Assembly: GCF_006345805.1 (NCBI RefSeq)
Contig: NC_043009.1
Span: forward strand, 40,176,001 to 40,240,000
DNA: 64,000 bases
DNA from: Octopus sinensis
Lineage: Eukaryota
Direction of reading: 5' to 3'
Below, in pieces: positions 25,801-38,664 of this stretch. A program made the position numbers and the translations under genes. The notes below the pieces were generated by a model. The model saw nothing but the letters and a program-made list of their open reading frames with translations, was not told where the DNA came from and made no database searches. Numbering within the stretch: the first letter of the stretch is position 1; each line of letters starts with the position of its first letter.

Positions 25801-26172
25801 TATGTCTAAACACACTACACTATACAACCTCTTAACATCAAACACTGTTTTCGGTACTATATCGCTTTCTCTACACAGAACACATACACACACGTTCACA
25901 TACATGTACAGATTTATGCAAACAGTCATGCACACACTAAGCTCCCTGCTTCATACACTCTCTCTCTTCTCTCTCTATCTGTCTATTTTTTCTCTCTTTA
26001 TCTCTGTATATTTCGCTGACACTATTGCGTAATATTTCTCCCTATCCCTCTTTACATATACAAACGCTATATCTCTGCGACTCTCTCCCTCCCCCTCCTC
26101 ACTCAGCCTCTTTCCTTTGCATTAACACTTTCTCCCCCCCTCTTTCCTCCCCTTCACTATTATCAATTCCCT

Positions 26173-26272
26173 NNNNNNNNNNNNNNNNNNNNNNNNNNNN
26201 NNNNNNNNNNNNNNNNNNNNNNNNNNNNNNNNNNNNNNNNNNNNNNNNNNNNNNNNNNNNNNNNNNNNNNNN
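26173..26272. other. Assembly gap (100 N)
   Basis: Run of 100 n; true distance and contiguity across it are unknown. Confidence 1.
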
Positions 26273-26569
26273 ATCCAACGTTGTCAGTGGCCAAAAGTCA
26301 TATGTGTGTGTGTGTGTGTGTGTGTGAGTGTGTGTGGCGAGTGTAGTGTGAGCTTATGTATATGTATATATATATATATATATTATATATATATATATAT
26401 ATAACATATATACATACATACATACACATGCATATATATGCATATACATATATATATATTATATTATATACATACATACATATATACGTGTGTATGTATG
26501 TGGTGTGTGTGTATGTATGTGCGTGTGTGTGTATGTATATATATACATACATATAAATATATATATAAC

Positions 26570-26613
<44 letters not shown>

Positions 26614-27595
26614 CATATATATACACAAATATATATGTGTGTGTGTGTGTGTGTATGCGTGTGTATTTCTGTGTGTACGTATGTGCGTGTATTTGTATGT
26701 GAGTGTATTCGATAACACCTGATTTACATTAAATGTCCTTGCATATAACAGTTTTAATGATGTAGCTGACAAACGACATAATTCGATATAGCACAACATA
26801 TATATATGTGTTATAACGGCGACATATACGTTGCTGGCAGCTTAAAATGACTTACGTATTCAAAATGGCTGAAAAATTACTTATGCAAATCGAAAATGAC
26901 TTAAATATAAGATACACACGCTAGCGATGGCTCAGAGAATGGCGCAACAGGTTTGTTAATGATAATTCACTAATGATCTATGCTATACACATTAAGTGTT
27001 GATCAAAAATAGATATACTGGTTGACAGTGGCTCATTGCTCATTGGGTCTTATATGTTTTATCAGTATTTTTAAATTTGTGTGGTCAAAGAGCATTAAAT
27101 GTCATACAGTGATATGGAAACCATTTTTGTTTTATATCGCATTTTGTGAACAGTAGTGTCACTGTCTATATGATGAGTCGTGAAGAGAAGGGAGGTTCTG
27201 GACAGCTTGCGGGGCAACTTGTACCATTATGTACTTTTCTTCGAAAGAAATGGTTTCGAAATTTGTCATTGTTTTTTTTTTTTTTTTGTTGTTACCACTA
27301 TTTACATCTTTCACTGATAAACGTCAATGTTTCAGCAAAAGCTATGTGCGCACACACTTGCACACATACACAAAGTTTTTAAACAATAATACTTAAAAGA
27401 CTTGCCCTGATATCTTCACTAAAATATTCCCGAAGTAAAGGATTAAGAAAAACGTCACTTAAGTGTCACGATTTTAATAAATAAATATACTTACTCTACT
27501 TTACAGGGATAGTATTGTACCTTAAATTATTGTATTCCTCGTTCGTTCGAAAAGGACATGCATCAATCATACACACACACACACACACACACAAA

Positions 27596-27639
<44 letters not shown>

Positions 27640-27660
27640 ACACATATATATATATATATA

Positions 27661-28242
27661 TATAAGCAAAACATTCAAACACTGAGGTTTGAAATCAGAT
27701 GTCACTACTGTTTATATCATCTGTGGATAAATTTTAAAATTGATGATATCACCAGCCGTGACGTAGGTGGATCGCAGGCGCAATAGCATTAAATAGCTAT
27801 GAATTATAAATTTGTATGACGCATTAGGATGCTTAAACAAGCATCCACCTGCTAGAAATAAGAGCTAAAGTCTTAAATTTATCCACCGTACCGCACCAGG
27901 ATAACAAAGAAAAACGGTATGCGAGGAAAACAGAAAGGATTAAAACATTTAATAGCACAAATAAAAAAGACTATGCAATTACGGATATCCACATACCAAG
28001 TTTCGGTTTTTGGGTATTTAAACCCTAAGCCTCGTCAGTGTGGCTTAGCGGGTCATAATCCATGACTGTTACGTTAAACTCTGACTGTGCAACTGGTTTT
28101 GTTTTGCGCCAAAAAACAAACCACATGGTGCATAAAATTTTATAAGCAAAACATTCAAACACTGAGGTTCGAAATCAGATGTCACTACAGTTCATATCAT
28201 CGGTGGATAAATTTTAAAATTGATGATATCCCCAGCAGTGAC
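27661..28242 (-). mobile_element. 480-bp HHR-containing unit with 102-bp terminal direct repeat (retrozyme or Penelope pseudo-LTR-like)
   Basis: 27661-27762 and 28141-28242 align ungapped with 6 mismatches; hammerhead at 27989-28043 lies between them; left end abuts (TA)n. Confidence 0.55.
27989..28043 (-). ncRNA. Type I hammerhead ribozyme, fully canonical core
   Basis: CCACA-CUGACGA-GGCUUAGGGUUUAAAUACCCAAAAACC-GAAA-CUUGG-UA^UGUGG: 5-bp stem I, G10.1-C11.1 pair, GUA cleavage triplet. Confidence 0.8.
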
Positions 28243-28327
28243 ATTAAAAGCAGTAACGAAACAACACCGAATGAACAAAGTACGTACGATGACTCCATAG
28301 TTTAGAAAGGAGTAACTGAAGTTATGA

Positions 28328-28563
28328 AGGGCAGCGAGCTGGCAGAAACGTTAGCACGCCGGGCGAAATGCGTAAGCCGTATTTCGTCTGCCGCTACGTT
28401 CTGAGTTCAAATTCCGCCGAGGTCGACTTTGCCTTTCATCCTTTCGGGGTCGATAAATTAAGTACCAGTTACGCACTGGGGTCGATGTAATCGACTAAAT
28501 CCGTTTGTTTGTCCGTGTTTGTCCACTCTGTGTTTAGCCCCTTCTGGTTAGTAAAGAAATAGG
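28328..28563 (+). mobile_element. SINE family B, full length
   Basis: Head ggcagcgagctggcagaaacgttagcacgccgggcg, central gtcgactttgcctttcatcctttcggggtcgataaattaagtacc, tail ..gtaaagaaatagg. Confidence 0.92.
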
Positions 28564-28861
28564 AATAATTGAAGTTATGGAGCACCTTGACAGTCGGTGG
28601 TCTTTCTTCACAAAGAAACAGAGGGGAACAGAAAAAGAAAAGAAAGGAAAGCTGCAAAGGAGAAGGAAGGCAAAAGAAAATAAAAAGAAAAGGTGAAAGG
28701 ATAAGCTAAAATATAGGACAGTGATAGATATTGGATAGTCTTGCAGTACAAAACACAATAAAACGATATCGAACGTTATTCAAGAGTTAATCTAAGCTTG
28801 TATTCCGAGACTGGAATCAAAGCGCGTGTGTGTATACACACATGCATTGCTACTATATGTA

Positions 28862-29076
28862 CGAGGATTGTTGAAAAGTTCCTGGCTGTAAGGATGTTGC
28901 GAAAGGCTTGATTGGCGGCCGAACATTTTGAGTTCTTTTACAGGGCTTAGAAAAAACCAAGGATCTCTGCAATAAGTGTATGAATCTGAGAAGGGAATAT
29001 ATTGAATAAAATCATAATTGACCGATTCTCCTGTGTTTTCTCTTACGCAAAACCAAGAACTTTTCAGCTCCCCTTG
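28862..29076 (+). mobile_element. Mariner-derived MITE (215 bp)
   Basis: TA flanks; TIRs cgaggattgttgaaaagttcctgg / ccaagaacttttcagctccccttg; retains the last transposase codons NKCMNLRREYIE*. Confidence 0.8.
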
Positions 29077-29289
29077 TATACATGATGATGGTTGTTTACT
29101 TGTTAGATGAGCATGACCATTGTTGGTAGGTAAGTACCTGCTATACCCGTATCAGAGTTTTCTGTCGATTGCGGCTATCATTATACCAACGACTCTGTAT
29201 AGCAATGCCAAGAAGCCCAGACAAGCAAAGTTAAGATGTTCCACTCAGTCGAGCAGCAGGTTTTATATTCGAGTTAGCCTTCCCCCCAG

Positions 29290-29535
29290 AGAGATGTCTT
29301 AACAATGACCAGTGGTCTCGCACATCCTAGTGGGTTCACTGCACCCTCGGACACCAGCCCGACAATTTCTATGATCCGTATGCTAGTTAACCGATAGGTA
29401 GGCCCCTGACTGATGCTATTACTCCGGGTCAGAGTAGTCATGGGGACAATAGTGGATAAGAAGTGGTTCCACACTCCTCAGAACCCTGGAAACACTGATT
29501 CAGAACTCCTCAACCGGATGCATGTTAAAGTCATA
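29290..29535. mobile_element. Diverged interspersed-repeat fragments (probably RTE-associated non-coding)
   Basis: ctattactccgggtcagagtag..ccacactcc..cagaac motif recalled as an abundant repeat; no ORF. Confidence 0.35.
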
Positions 29536-29726
29536 GGCAGGATGTACATACATAAACACGTACATACATAAACACACACACACACACACAAACGCGCGCA
29601 CACACAGACACACACAAATATACACTCAGAGAGATAGATAGGTATATAGATAGATAGACAGAGAGACAAACAGATAGGTAGGTAGATATATATATATATT
29701 ATATATATAGAGAGAGAGAGAGAGAG

Positions 29727-29793
<67 letters not shown>

Positions 29794-30145
29794 CAGATAG
29801 ATAGACAGATAGATCGATCGATAAATCGATCAATAGATAGATAGAAAAGAGGGGGCAAGAAGGGAGAGAATAAGTAGACACAAATATATTTATGCAATTA
29901 TCACGGACTTTAACACAGTATACGTTTTAGAATTCAACTCAGCAGGCATTGGTCAGACAGAGGGTATGGAACTGCCCAAGGTGCCACGTTATTGGATCGA
30001 AGAATATAAACGGAGAAAAAAAAAAGATAACTAGACAAAAATATTTGAAACTCAATACAGACATGAAGTCAATTATAAACTACGACACATTTAGAATTTT
30101 CGATGCCACATCCGACATCCGGATTGAGAATGAGGGTAGGCACGT

Positions 30146-30189
<44 letters not shown>

Positions 30190-30572
30190 CTCGGCGAGAA
30201 TAACAATGGTCCGCATCAATATAACGATTTATTTATCAATACTTACCAATATACGAATATTAATTCAAGAAACACAATTAGATAATAGACATACATATAG
30301 TTACAGATACAGGCATACAGAGAGCATGCATACATATATACAAACATACACACCTACACGCATACATACATACATGCATACATTTCTACATACATATTTT
30401 CATACATACATGCATACATAAGTATACATACAAGCATCCAGTTATACATACATTTATCCATTTCTCTCTCTCGCTCTCTCTCTTTCTCTCTCGCTCTGTC
30501 TCACAGTCATTCACTCTCTGTTTATCATATATCTATATCCATATATTGACATCTATACCTAAACATACAGAC

Positions 30573-30623
<51 letters not shown>

Positions 30624-30646
30624 CTATATTATATATATATATATAC

Positions 30647-30683
<37 letters not shown>

Positions 30684-30766
30684 GATATATATGCATACAT
30701 ATATATACGTAATAATATATAATATATATATATATATTATAATATATATTATATATATATATATAT

Positions 30767-31137
30767 ACTAGCAGTATCGCCCGGCGTTGCTCGGGTTTGT
30801 AAGGAAATAACTATAAAGCATTTTTAGAGAGTTATAGCCAAAAAATGGAAAAAAAAATGATGGTAAATTTTTTTTTAGTTAAAAAGTCGAGTTGCGTCCC
30901 CTATACAGTCTGTGGTTTGTGTTTCTGATTCTCGACCCCATGTCGAATTTATCGATTTTTTTCAGAACTGGGGGAACTTTTCAAAATTTTCGCTGCGTTA
31001 GTTTTGAATTATGACATTGGGCTATGTGTGTGTCAAGTTTCATCAGAATCGGTTGAAAGCCGTGGTCAGGGTGAGGGTACAACCTAACAGACACACAGAA
31101 CACACACAGACAAACTGCCGTTTATATAGAGAGAGAT
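30767..31137 (+). mobile_element. Helentron/HINE (DINE-1-like) non-autonomous element
   Basis: Starts actagcag.. with hairpin cccggcgttgctcggg; ends with (acag)n-like run and ..cgtttatatagagagat; embedded in (TA)n. Confidence 0.6.
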
Positions 31138-31359
<222 letters not shown>

Positions 31360-32072
31360 TTCTTTTCATATTTATCTCATTCATGATAGCCGCAGTTTTG
31401 AATTTTCTAAATATTTCATTGAGTACTTTGCATAGACTTCTTTCATATTTTTATGCAATAAGATGTTTTCTAGCATGTGTGTATACGAACCCCATGCACA
31501 TATGTGAGTGTGGCTATATTTGAATGTGCGTGTATATAAACACATATTTTATGGGAAAACCTAAAAGAAAGAAAAAACGAAGGAGACATCATCGGCTAAC
31601 ACTCCAATAATCGAAATAGTTGAATAGCATGGCAGATATATAGATAAATAGATATATCTCTGAATATTTCTATATACATCTATCAACGGATATTTTGACT
31701 AAATACATAAGATATTTGATATTTTTCTACTTCATACATGCCTCGAGCCATTGGACAATGTTCAGTTGCGACCGATTCTTTCATGAAACTTTTTCCGTTA
31801 TCAAAAAATTCTTGGCTTGTGTTTTCATGCACATTCTCTCACTTCACATATACAGACATATTATGTATATCATATTACATCGAAGGCAATAATTGTTCCA
31901 GTCTCGTACTTATATTAATGATATTTGTATAGCGAATGACTTAGAAAGCGTTGACGTAAAGGGACACAATTCGATACTGGTTTACACCGATAAACAGCAA
32001 TGCAGAGAAAAAATGATACATACATACACATACACACAAACACAAACAAACGTGCGCAGATATACATATATA

Positions 32073-32187
<115 letters not shown>

Positions 32188-32188
32188 G

Positions 32189-32549
32189 CTAAAAGTTAAT
32201 ATAAACAGCTAGGCGCAACGTAATACCATAAAGGAAAACTTTAATCTTCACTAAAAGTGGCTGAGGGTGTCGAAGCAGCTACATCTATACACATAGATAG
32301 GGGAGTTAACAGCACCATGACCGTCTCTAGAATCACCAGACTAGGCCTAGTTTCGCCTATTCCGTAGGTATCGTCAGGAATGATTGCTCAAACGGTCGAT
32401 GGTTTAGCCAGTTTTGTTTGCCAGTTAACTACCCTATCACATTGCACTCTTCTAAAAACAATGTAGGTGCTTCGACACCTTTAGTCACTTAGTGATGGTT
32501 ACATTTTTCTTTTATTATACTGCACCTAGCAGTGTATATTAGATTTTAG
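32189..32549. mobile_element. ~360-bp foldback element with long imperfect inverted arms and a central hammerhead
   Basis: 32189-32284 pairs with 32461-32549 (e.g. aagtggctgagggtgtcgaagcagctacat vs rc aagtgactaaaggtgtcgaagcacctacat); inner pairs 32296-32310/32424-32438 and 32315-32324/32392-32403. Confidence 0.75.
32331..32385 (-). ncRNA. Type I hammerhead ribozyme motif with palindromic stem III
   Basis: AAUCAUUC-CUGACGA-UACCUACGGAAUAGGC-GAAA-CUAGGCCUAG-UC^UGGUGAUU: intact core, GUC site, perfect 12-nt palindrome ACUAGGCCUAGU; mismatches at the base of stems I and II. Confidence 0.75.
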
Positions 32550-32607
32550 TATACGCATTAGCATCTCGCTAAATCAGTTACACATTTTTATGAAAAAAAT
32601 ATATATA

Positions 32608-33385
32608 CAGGGTGCGTAAGGTATTTGATGACATACAATTTTTGGGTCATTGCTGCATTTTTGGCTAACTCTATATAATATTTGTTTAAGAAAATAATAA
32701 TGAGAGACCCTCAGCTTACTCAAGAAATGAAGAGGCGTGCTGTTATTGAGGTTATAAATGCTGATCATAGCGATTTAGAAATATGTCGATATTTAAAAGT
32801 TGCAAGATCATTCGTCTACAAAGTTTGTAAGGAGCTAGAGACTGAAGATGAAAACGCATCACCAGTATCAAAGCATAAACAGCAATCTAAAACGCTTTGA
32901 AATCATCAGAACACGTGATTTTGCCCAGCAAGTTCAACAGACCATTGATTACACTCCCAGAAAGTTCATGAGGTCAATTGCAAAAGATTTCCATGTGTCA
33001 GAAAGAACAGTCAGAAATGTTGTCCACGAAGACATCAGATATAAGTCTTATGTGATGAGTAAAGGTTAATTTGTCAGCAAAAGCAAAAGAAAATTACGAC
33101 ATCAGATCTGAAAGGCTCTTAAACAAACTGAAAAATCGAGTAGAATATTTGATTTGGTTTTTCCCAAACGAGAAAAACTTCGACCAAGATCAAAAAGTTA
33201 GCGGAAGAAATGACATATCGTTACGTGCAGACTTTTCAGAAGTTCCAAGTGTTATGCAGACAAAATTTCCTGCAACTGTCATGGTGTTAGGAGTTGTCAG
33301 CAATGCAGGGCATGTGAAGCTTCCTCACTTCTTTCCACAAGGTCTTAGAGTTAACTCTGCCACCTACAATGAGGTCTCACTGAAC
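32608..33385 (+). mobile_element. Left half of a Tc1/mariner-superfamily transposon (maT/DD37D-like), frameshifted and 3'-truncated
   Basis: TA+cagggtgcg terminus; consecutive frames KRRAVIEVINADHSDLEICRYLKVARSFVYKV / TPRKFMRSIAKDFHVSERTVRNVVHEDIRYKSY / WFFPNEKNFDQDQK..TKFPATVMVLGVVSNAGHVKLPHFFPQGLRVN. Confidence 0.85.
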
Positions 33386-33394
33386 AATTGTTTC

Positions 33395-33710
33395 AGTCTC
33401 ACTGCGTGGCCCCTTGGTGGTCTTCTGCTATAGCCTCGATTTGACCAAGGCCTTTTCAGTGGGTATATGTATATATGTATATGTATATATTTATTTATGT
33501 ATTTATGTGTCTGTGTTTGCCACCCACACAATCGCTTGACAACCGATGTTGGTGTGTTTACGTCCCCGTAATCTAGGAGTTCGGTGAAAGGGCTCGATAG
33601 AATAAATACTAGGCTTACAAAGAATAACTTCTGGAGTCAATTTACTCGACTAAAGGCGGTGCTCCAGCAGAGCCACAGTCAAATGACTGAAACAAGTAAA
33701 AGAATAAGAG
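33395..33710 (+). mobile_element. SINE family A, 5'-truncated diverged copy
   Basis: Body and tail motifs shared with other copies. Confidence 0.85.
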
Positions 33711-33745
33711 AATATATGTGTGCGTGTTCGCGCGCGCGCCTGTGT

Positions 33746-33783
<38 letters not shown>

Positions 33784-33827
33784 TGACAGAGAATATGATA
33801 CACGGTAGTGCACACAGACAGATATAG

Positions 33828-33868
<41 letters not shown>

Positions 33869-33924
33869 TGCCTTGTTGTACCACTCATCTGTTTTTATAT
33901 GTATATATATATATATATACATCT

Positions 33925-34090
33925 AAGGTACAGACGTAGCTTGGTGGTAAGAAGTTCTGCTTACCAACTAGATGGTTCCAGGTTCAGCCCTACGGCGTGG
34001 CACCTTGGGTAAATGTCTTCTGCTAAAGTCTCGGACAGACAAATCCTTGTGAGGGGATTTGGTAGACGGAAACTGAAAGAAGCCCGTTGT
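33925..34090 (+). mobile_element. SINE family A 5' half
   Basis: tRNA-like head to ggaaactgaaagaagcccg, then runs into (TA)n. Confidence 0.85.
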
Positions 34091-34104
34091 ATATATATAA
34101 ATTT

Positions 34105-34161
<57 letters not shown>

Positions 34162-34442
34162 TATATAAGAATAAATACATACACACACACACATATATAT
34201 ATGCCTCTTTCTGGAAGCGTGTGTATATTTATATGTTTTTTGTGAGTGTATATGAGTGTATGTGTGTGCGCGTGTGTATGTGTGTATGTATAAATGTGTG
34301 TGATTGTGTAAATATACATATGTGAGTTTGCATATATATATATATATGTCAGTATGTACATGCATGTACTATTTTCTCTTTCGATTTCTCTCCCTCTGTA
34401 TCTGCCTCTCTGTCTGTCTCTGCCTCTCTGTCTCTGTCTGTT

Positions 34443-34487
<45 letters not shown>

Positions 34488-35234
34488 TTATTTATATGTA
34501 TAAAATTTTGTCGAATCTTTAGTGCAACAGTACTTATTGTTTGGCTGCTGGTATAGACTGATATTAAAATCAAATTTAAAATTAAAAGAGCTAAAATCTT
34601 ATAAGAGAATGTAGAGCGTGAAATCACAAAAAAAAAAAAAAAAACCAGTTGTGCGCATTGAAATCATCGATGTGAGAGAAAGAGAACAGCAGAGTTCGAT
34701 ATATTTTTTTTTAAATACAAAAGACTAAATGCTTACTGATGGTGGTTGCAAAAGTTTTCAAACCGATGGAGAGATAAAATATGAACTTAGTGGAATTAGG
34801 AGGAAACATTTTTGAACCTATATAACTAACTGGAATTCTTTCTAGTATTTTCTAAGTGAGAGACGCAGGTGAAAATAAAATTAGCGCAGCCGCCGTTATT
34901 CAAAGCGAAGTTGATTTATGGAGTTAAGCCTAGACAGCAGTGTTAAAGATAAAGATGAGAAACTTGCGCTTCAAAAACCTAATAACCTTTCTTTTTTTGT
35001 TATTGTTTATTTGATTCAGTCATTTGATTGTGGCCATGCTGGGGCACCGCCTTGACGTGTTGTAAGTCGAATAAATCGACTCCAGAACTTAAAGTTTTGG
35101 TTTGTGATAGCAATGAGGGTTAGGGTTAATATTAGTTTGAAATATATGTGCAGTCGGGTGCAATAGAAAGGGATATTCAACGGACTGATATACCCTCTTC
35201 TTGCGTAACTTCGCTAGGATTTTCTGAAGGTGCG

Positions 35235-35400
35235 AGGCCAAATGGTGGGGGTCATGCACCCGTGAACGTAACATCTTGGATTTGATACCCGTATCGAGCG
35301 GTGTGTTGTGTTCTTAAGCAAAAAAATTTCATTTTATGTTGCTCCAGTCCACTTGGCTGAGTAATGAGTAATAGTGCAACACAATAGCTTCCCGTCCTGG
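35235..35400 (+). mobile_element. SINE family C (tRNA-like head, gttgtgttcttaagc..ttgctccagtccac body)
   Basis: Reverse-complement similarity to 43330-43530. Confidence 0.55.
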
Positions 35401-35481
35401 GACATGTTGGTATCTCGACCAGACCACTCATATGCCACGAAAGCCATGTAAATGACCCTATGATTCCTAGGTCTCGAGGTA

Positions 35482-35482
<1 letters not shown>

Positions 35483-35523
<41 letters not shown>

Positions 35524-35616
35524 AATGATGACGACGATGATGATGATGATGATGATGACGACGATGACGATAATGATGATGATGATGATGATGATGACGA
35601 CGACGACGACGACGAC

Positions 35617-35667
<51 letters not shown>

Positions 35668-35706
35668 GACGATGATGATGATGATAATGATGATGATGAT
35701 GATGAT
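35483..35706. repeat. (GAT)n with (GAC) interruptions
   Basis: Direct reading. Confidence 0.97.
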
Positions 35707-36041
35707 AGAGATTTGAAATATTATGTATGAAAACCACGACTCACAATACCGATACCGTTAGTGGACCTCGGATTAGCTGAGAATGATTCTTCAAAATCCT
35801 GTCATTCCGTAGATACAAAAATGATACGAGATTATATTGACAGCTGATAGTGCAGTATTCTTTCTCTCTTCTGTCGATAAATCATACTCTTCTATCAGTA
35901 GTTGGGTTTCGACAAACAAAAGGTGTTTTTTTAATATTTCTCCGGTAAACTGAAATAATCGCTATCTCAAAATTAGTAAAGTGCAATACAAAGCGGTACT
36001 TCGAGACAGGTATTAGTTTCAAACGGGAGGCCTGTCATGTG

Positions 36042-36565
36042 CTGGGTTGTCCGGAAAGTTCGTGCCGATTTTAAAAGGAAAGAAAAAGGTCAATAAATAC
36101 TTGCCATTACATTGCACAATGCGTATCCATCTTTCCTTTAACTTGAAAATACCCTCTTCCCAGAATTGAGGTGGTTTCATGGCAAATATTTCATAAAGGT
36201 ATCTTTTTACGTCATCCACGGAATTGAAATTTTTACCATTAAGACTATTCTGCATAAGTGGAAATCCGAAGGAGCAATATCTGGTGAATATGGTGGGTGG
36301 GGTTAACACATCCCAGCCGAGCTGCAGCAATTTTTGTCTGGTTCCCATAGCATCAAGTGCCGAAAATAATTTTTCTTATCTTCCATTTTAAAGGGTTACA
36401 GAATTAACACAAGTATAGGAACATAAACCTTCTTCCACGAAGATAGCTTAAACTGTGCTCTAAATGGAGGTGTAATCAAATCCTATTTTATTGACTCAAC
36501 CATGTTCTAAAATAAGTCGAAAGGTAAGCTACTATAAACCGGTACGAACTTTCCGAACAACCCAT
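36042..36565 (-). mobile_element. Internally deleted mariner, copy 1
   Basis: TIRs tgggttgtccggaaagttcgtgccgattt / accggtacgaactttccgaacaacccat; remnant RQKLLQLGWDVL..QNSLNGKNFNSVDDVK..FWEEGIFKLKERW. Confidence 0.9.
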
Positions 36566-37358
36566 TATGATTACAATATAGCTACTAATTCTGTAAAATT
36601 TAACCATATTCCAGTTTTAGAATTAAGAAGAGCGTCATCATTAGAACTACAACTGGGGAACAGAAAGTAGTGAAGGGGTTTTATGTAGCACCACCAGTAT
36701 AGAGTATCGAAATTGTTTTCCTAAAATCCAAAGATCTCCTGTTGTTCTTTATTAATTATTTACATCTCAAAATAATGAAGGAATCGATGTTTCAAGAGTG
36801 TTTCGGACTGAGGCATTAAAGTTGTAACAAATTAAAATTAATATAATAATATATTTCATTATGTTCAGCAGAAAAATATCAGAAGAACCAAACATGAAAA
36901 AGATGTAGCAAAAAAAAAAAAAAAAAAAAAATAGAAACATCACACGAACATTATGATTCCAATAATGATAATATACTATTCAGTGAACCCAATAAAGAGA
37001 TGAAGAGACTTAAGGGTTAGTTAGGGACGTGGGTGCTTTTTTTATAGCAAATTTCATGAACACCAAGTGAATACTCGGTTTTAGTAAAACACTGATAATA
37101 TGTTGGTAAAACCAAATTATTACATTCTGTAAAAGAGTGATGATGTTGCTGTTGTTGTTGTCGTTGTTTTCTGTTAGTTGGATGGTTTTTTATGTTTTAT
37201 TTTTTATATTTTTTCAATTTTAAAGTAAGGCTGTATATTTGTAGTAACTATGTAATGCAGTACAAATCAATACTCATCGAGTGAAAATATAGTGGCTGCT
37301 TATTATCTGTGTAATTGTTTGTGCAGTAATAATGAAGTCTGATAGTAATTGCCTCTGT

Positions 37359-37359
<1 letters not shown>

Positions 37360-37421
<62 letters not shown>

Positions 37422-37505
37422 GATACATATATATATATATATAATATATATATATTATATATATATATATGCATACATATATATATACATACATATATAT
37501 ATATG

Positions 37506-37561
<56 letters not shown>

Positions 37562-37736
37562 CATATATATATACACATACATATATACATATATACATAT
37601 ATATGTATCTATATATACATATATACATATATATATATAGATATACATATATGTATACATACTTATATACATATATACATACACACACACACATATATAT
37701 ATGCGTGTATGTATACGACTGTATATATATATATAT

Positions 37737-37779
<43 letters not shown>

Positions 37780-37850
37780 TATATATATGTATATGTGCAT
37801 ATATATGTATATGCACATATTTGTATGTATAACACACAAACGCATACCCA
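37360..37850. repeat. Long degenerate (TA)n tract
   Basis: Direct reading. Confidence 0.95.
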
Positions 37851-38137
37851 CACACTGGCACGCGCACACATATACACACATGGAGAGAGTGGGAGGGGGA
37901 GAGAAGGGAGACAAGATATGAGGAGAGCAGACAGAGGGAAGAGATGGAGAAATATCGGATAAAATTTAATCATAATAGACTCTGATTTTCTGATCCTATC
38001 TTATGAATTGCCAGAATATTTGCCAGTTTATTCCTATTATTTGAAACAACAATATAAATAATATACAAAAACAAGTATTAAAACAAAACACTGAAGGAAC
38101 AATGGAAAAAACACATAAAAATAAAATTAAGACCAAC

Positions 38138-38174
<37 letters not shown>

Positions 38175-38214
38175 TAATAATAATAATAATAATATTAATA
38201 TTTGTTTCTAACAT

Positions 38215-38655
38215 AGGCACAATGTACGAAATTTGGTGGAGGGTGGAAATTTGATTATGGCGAAACCCCAGTGGCTGACTGTTACTCTTTATTTTGTCGA
38301 TTCTGGAAGGGTGAAAAGTAAGGTATTTTATTTTATCGACGTCAGAGGAATGAAAGACAAAGCTGACATTGGTGGGATTTGAACTCAGAAGGCAAAGAAA
38401 ATGGAACATATCTGTTTTGGGGAAGGTGCTAAGCTGACCAAATAAGTATTGAAACAGAACACAAGAACAACAAGAAAAACAAAAAAACAATTAAGGTAAA
38501 AAAGTATTATTGTTCCTGATATAAACACAATGTCTGAAGTTTTGAGGAGGGTGAAAATTCGATTTTGTCGATTCCAGTGGTTGACTGGTATTTTATTTTG
38601 TCGATTCTGGAAGGATGAAAGGCAAGGTTGAACCTTGGCAGTATCTGAACCCAAA
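38215..38655 (-). mobile_element. Two diverged SINE family B copies in tandem
   Basis: Repeated cccagtggctgactg..ttttgtcgattctggaagg..tgaaaggcaa blocks. Confidence 0.7.
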
Positions 38656-38664
38656 ACCTAAAGA

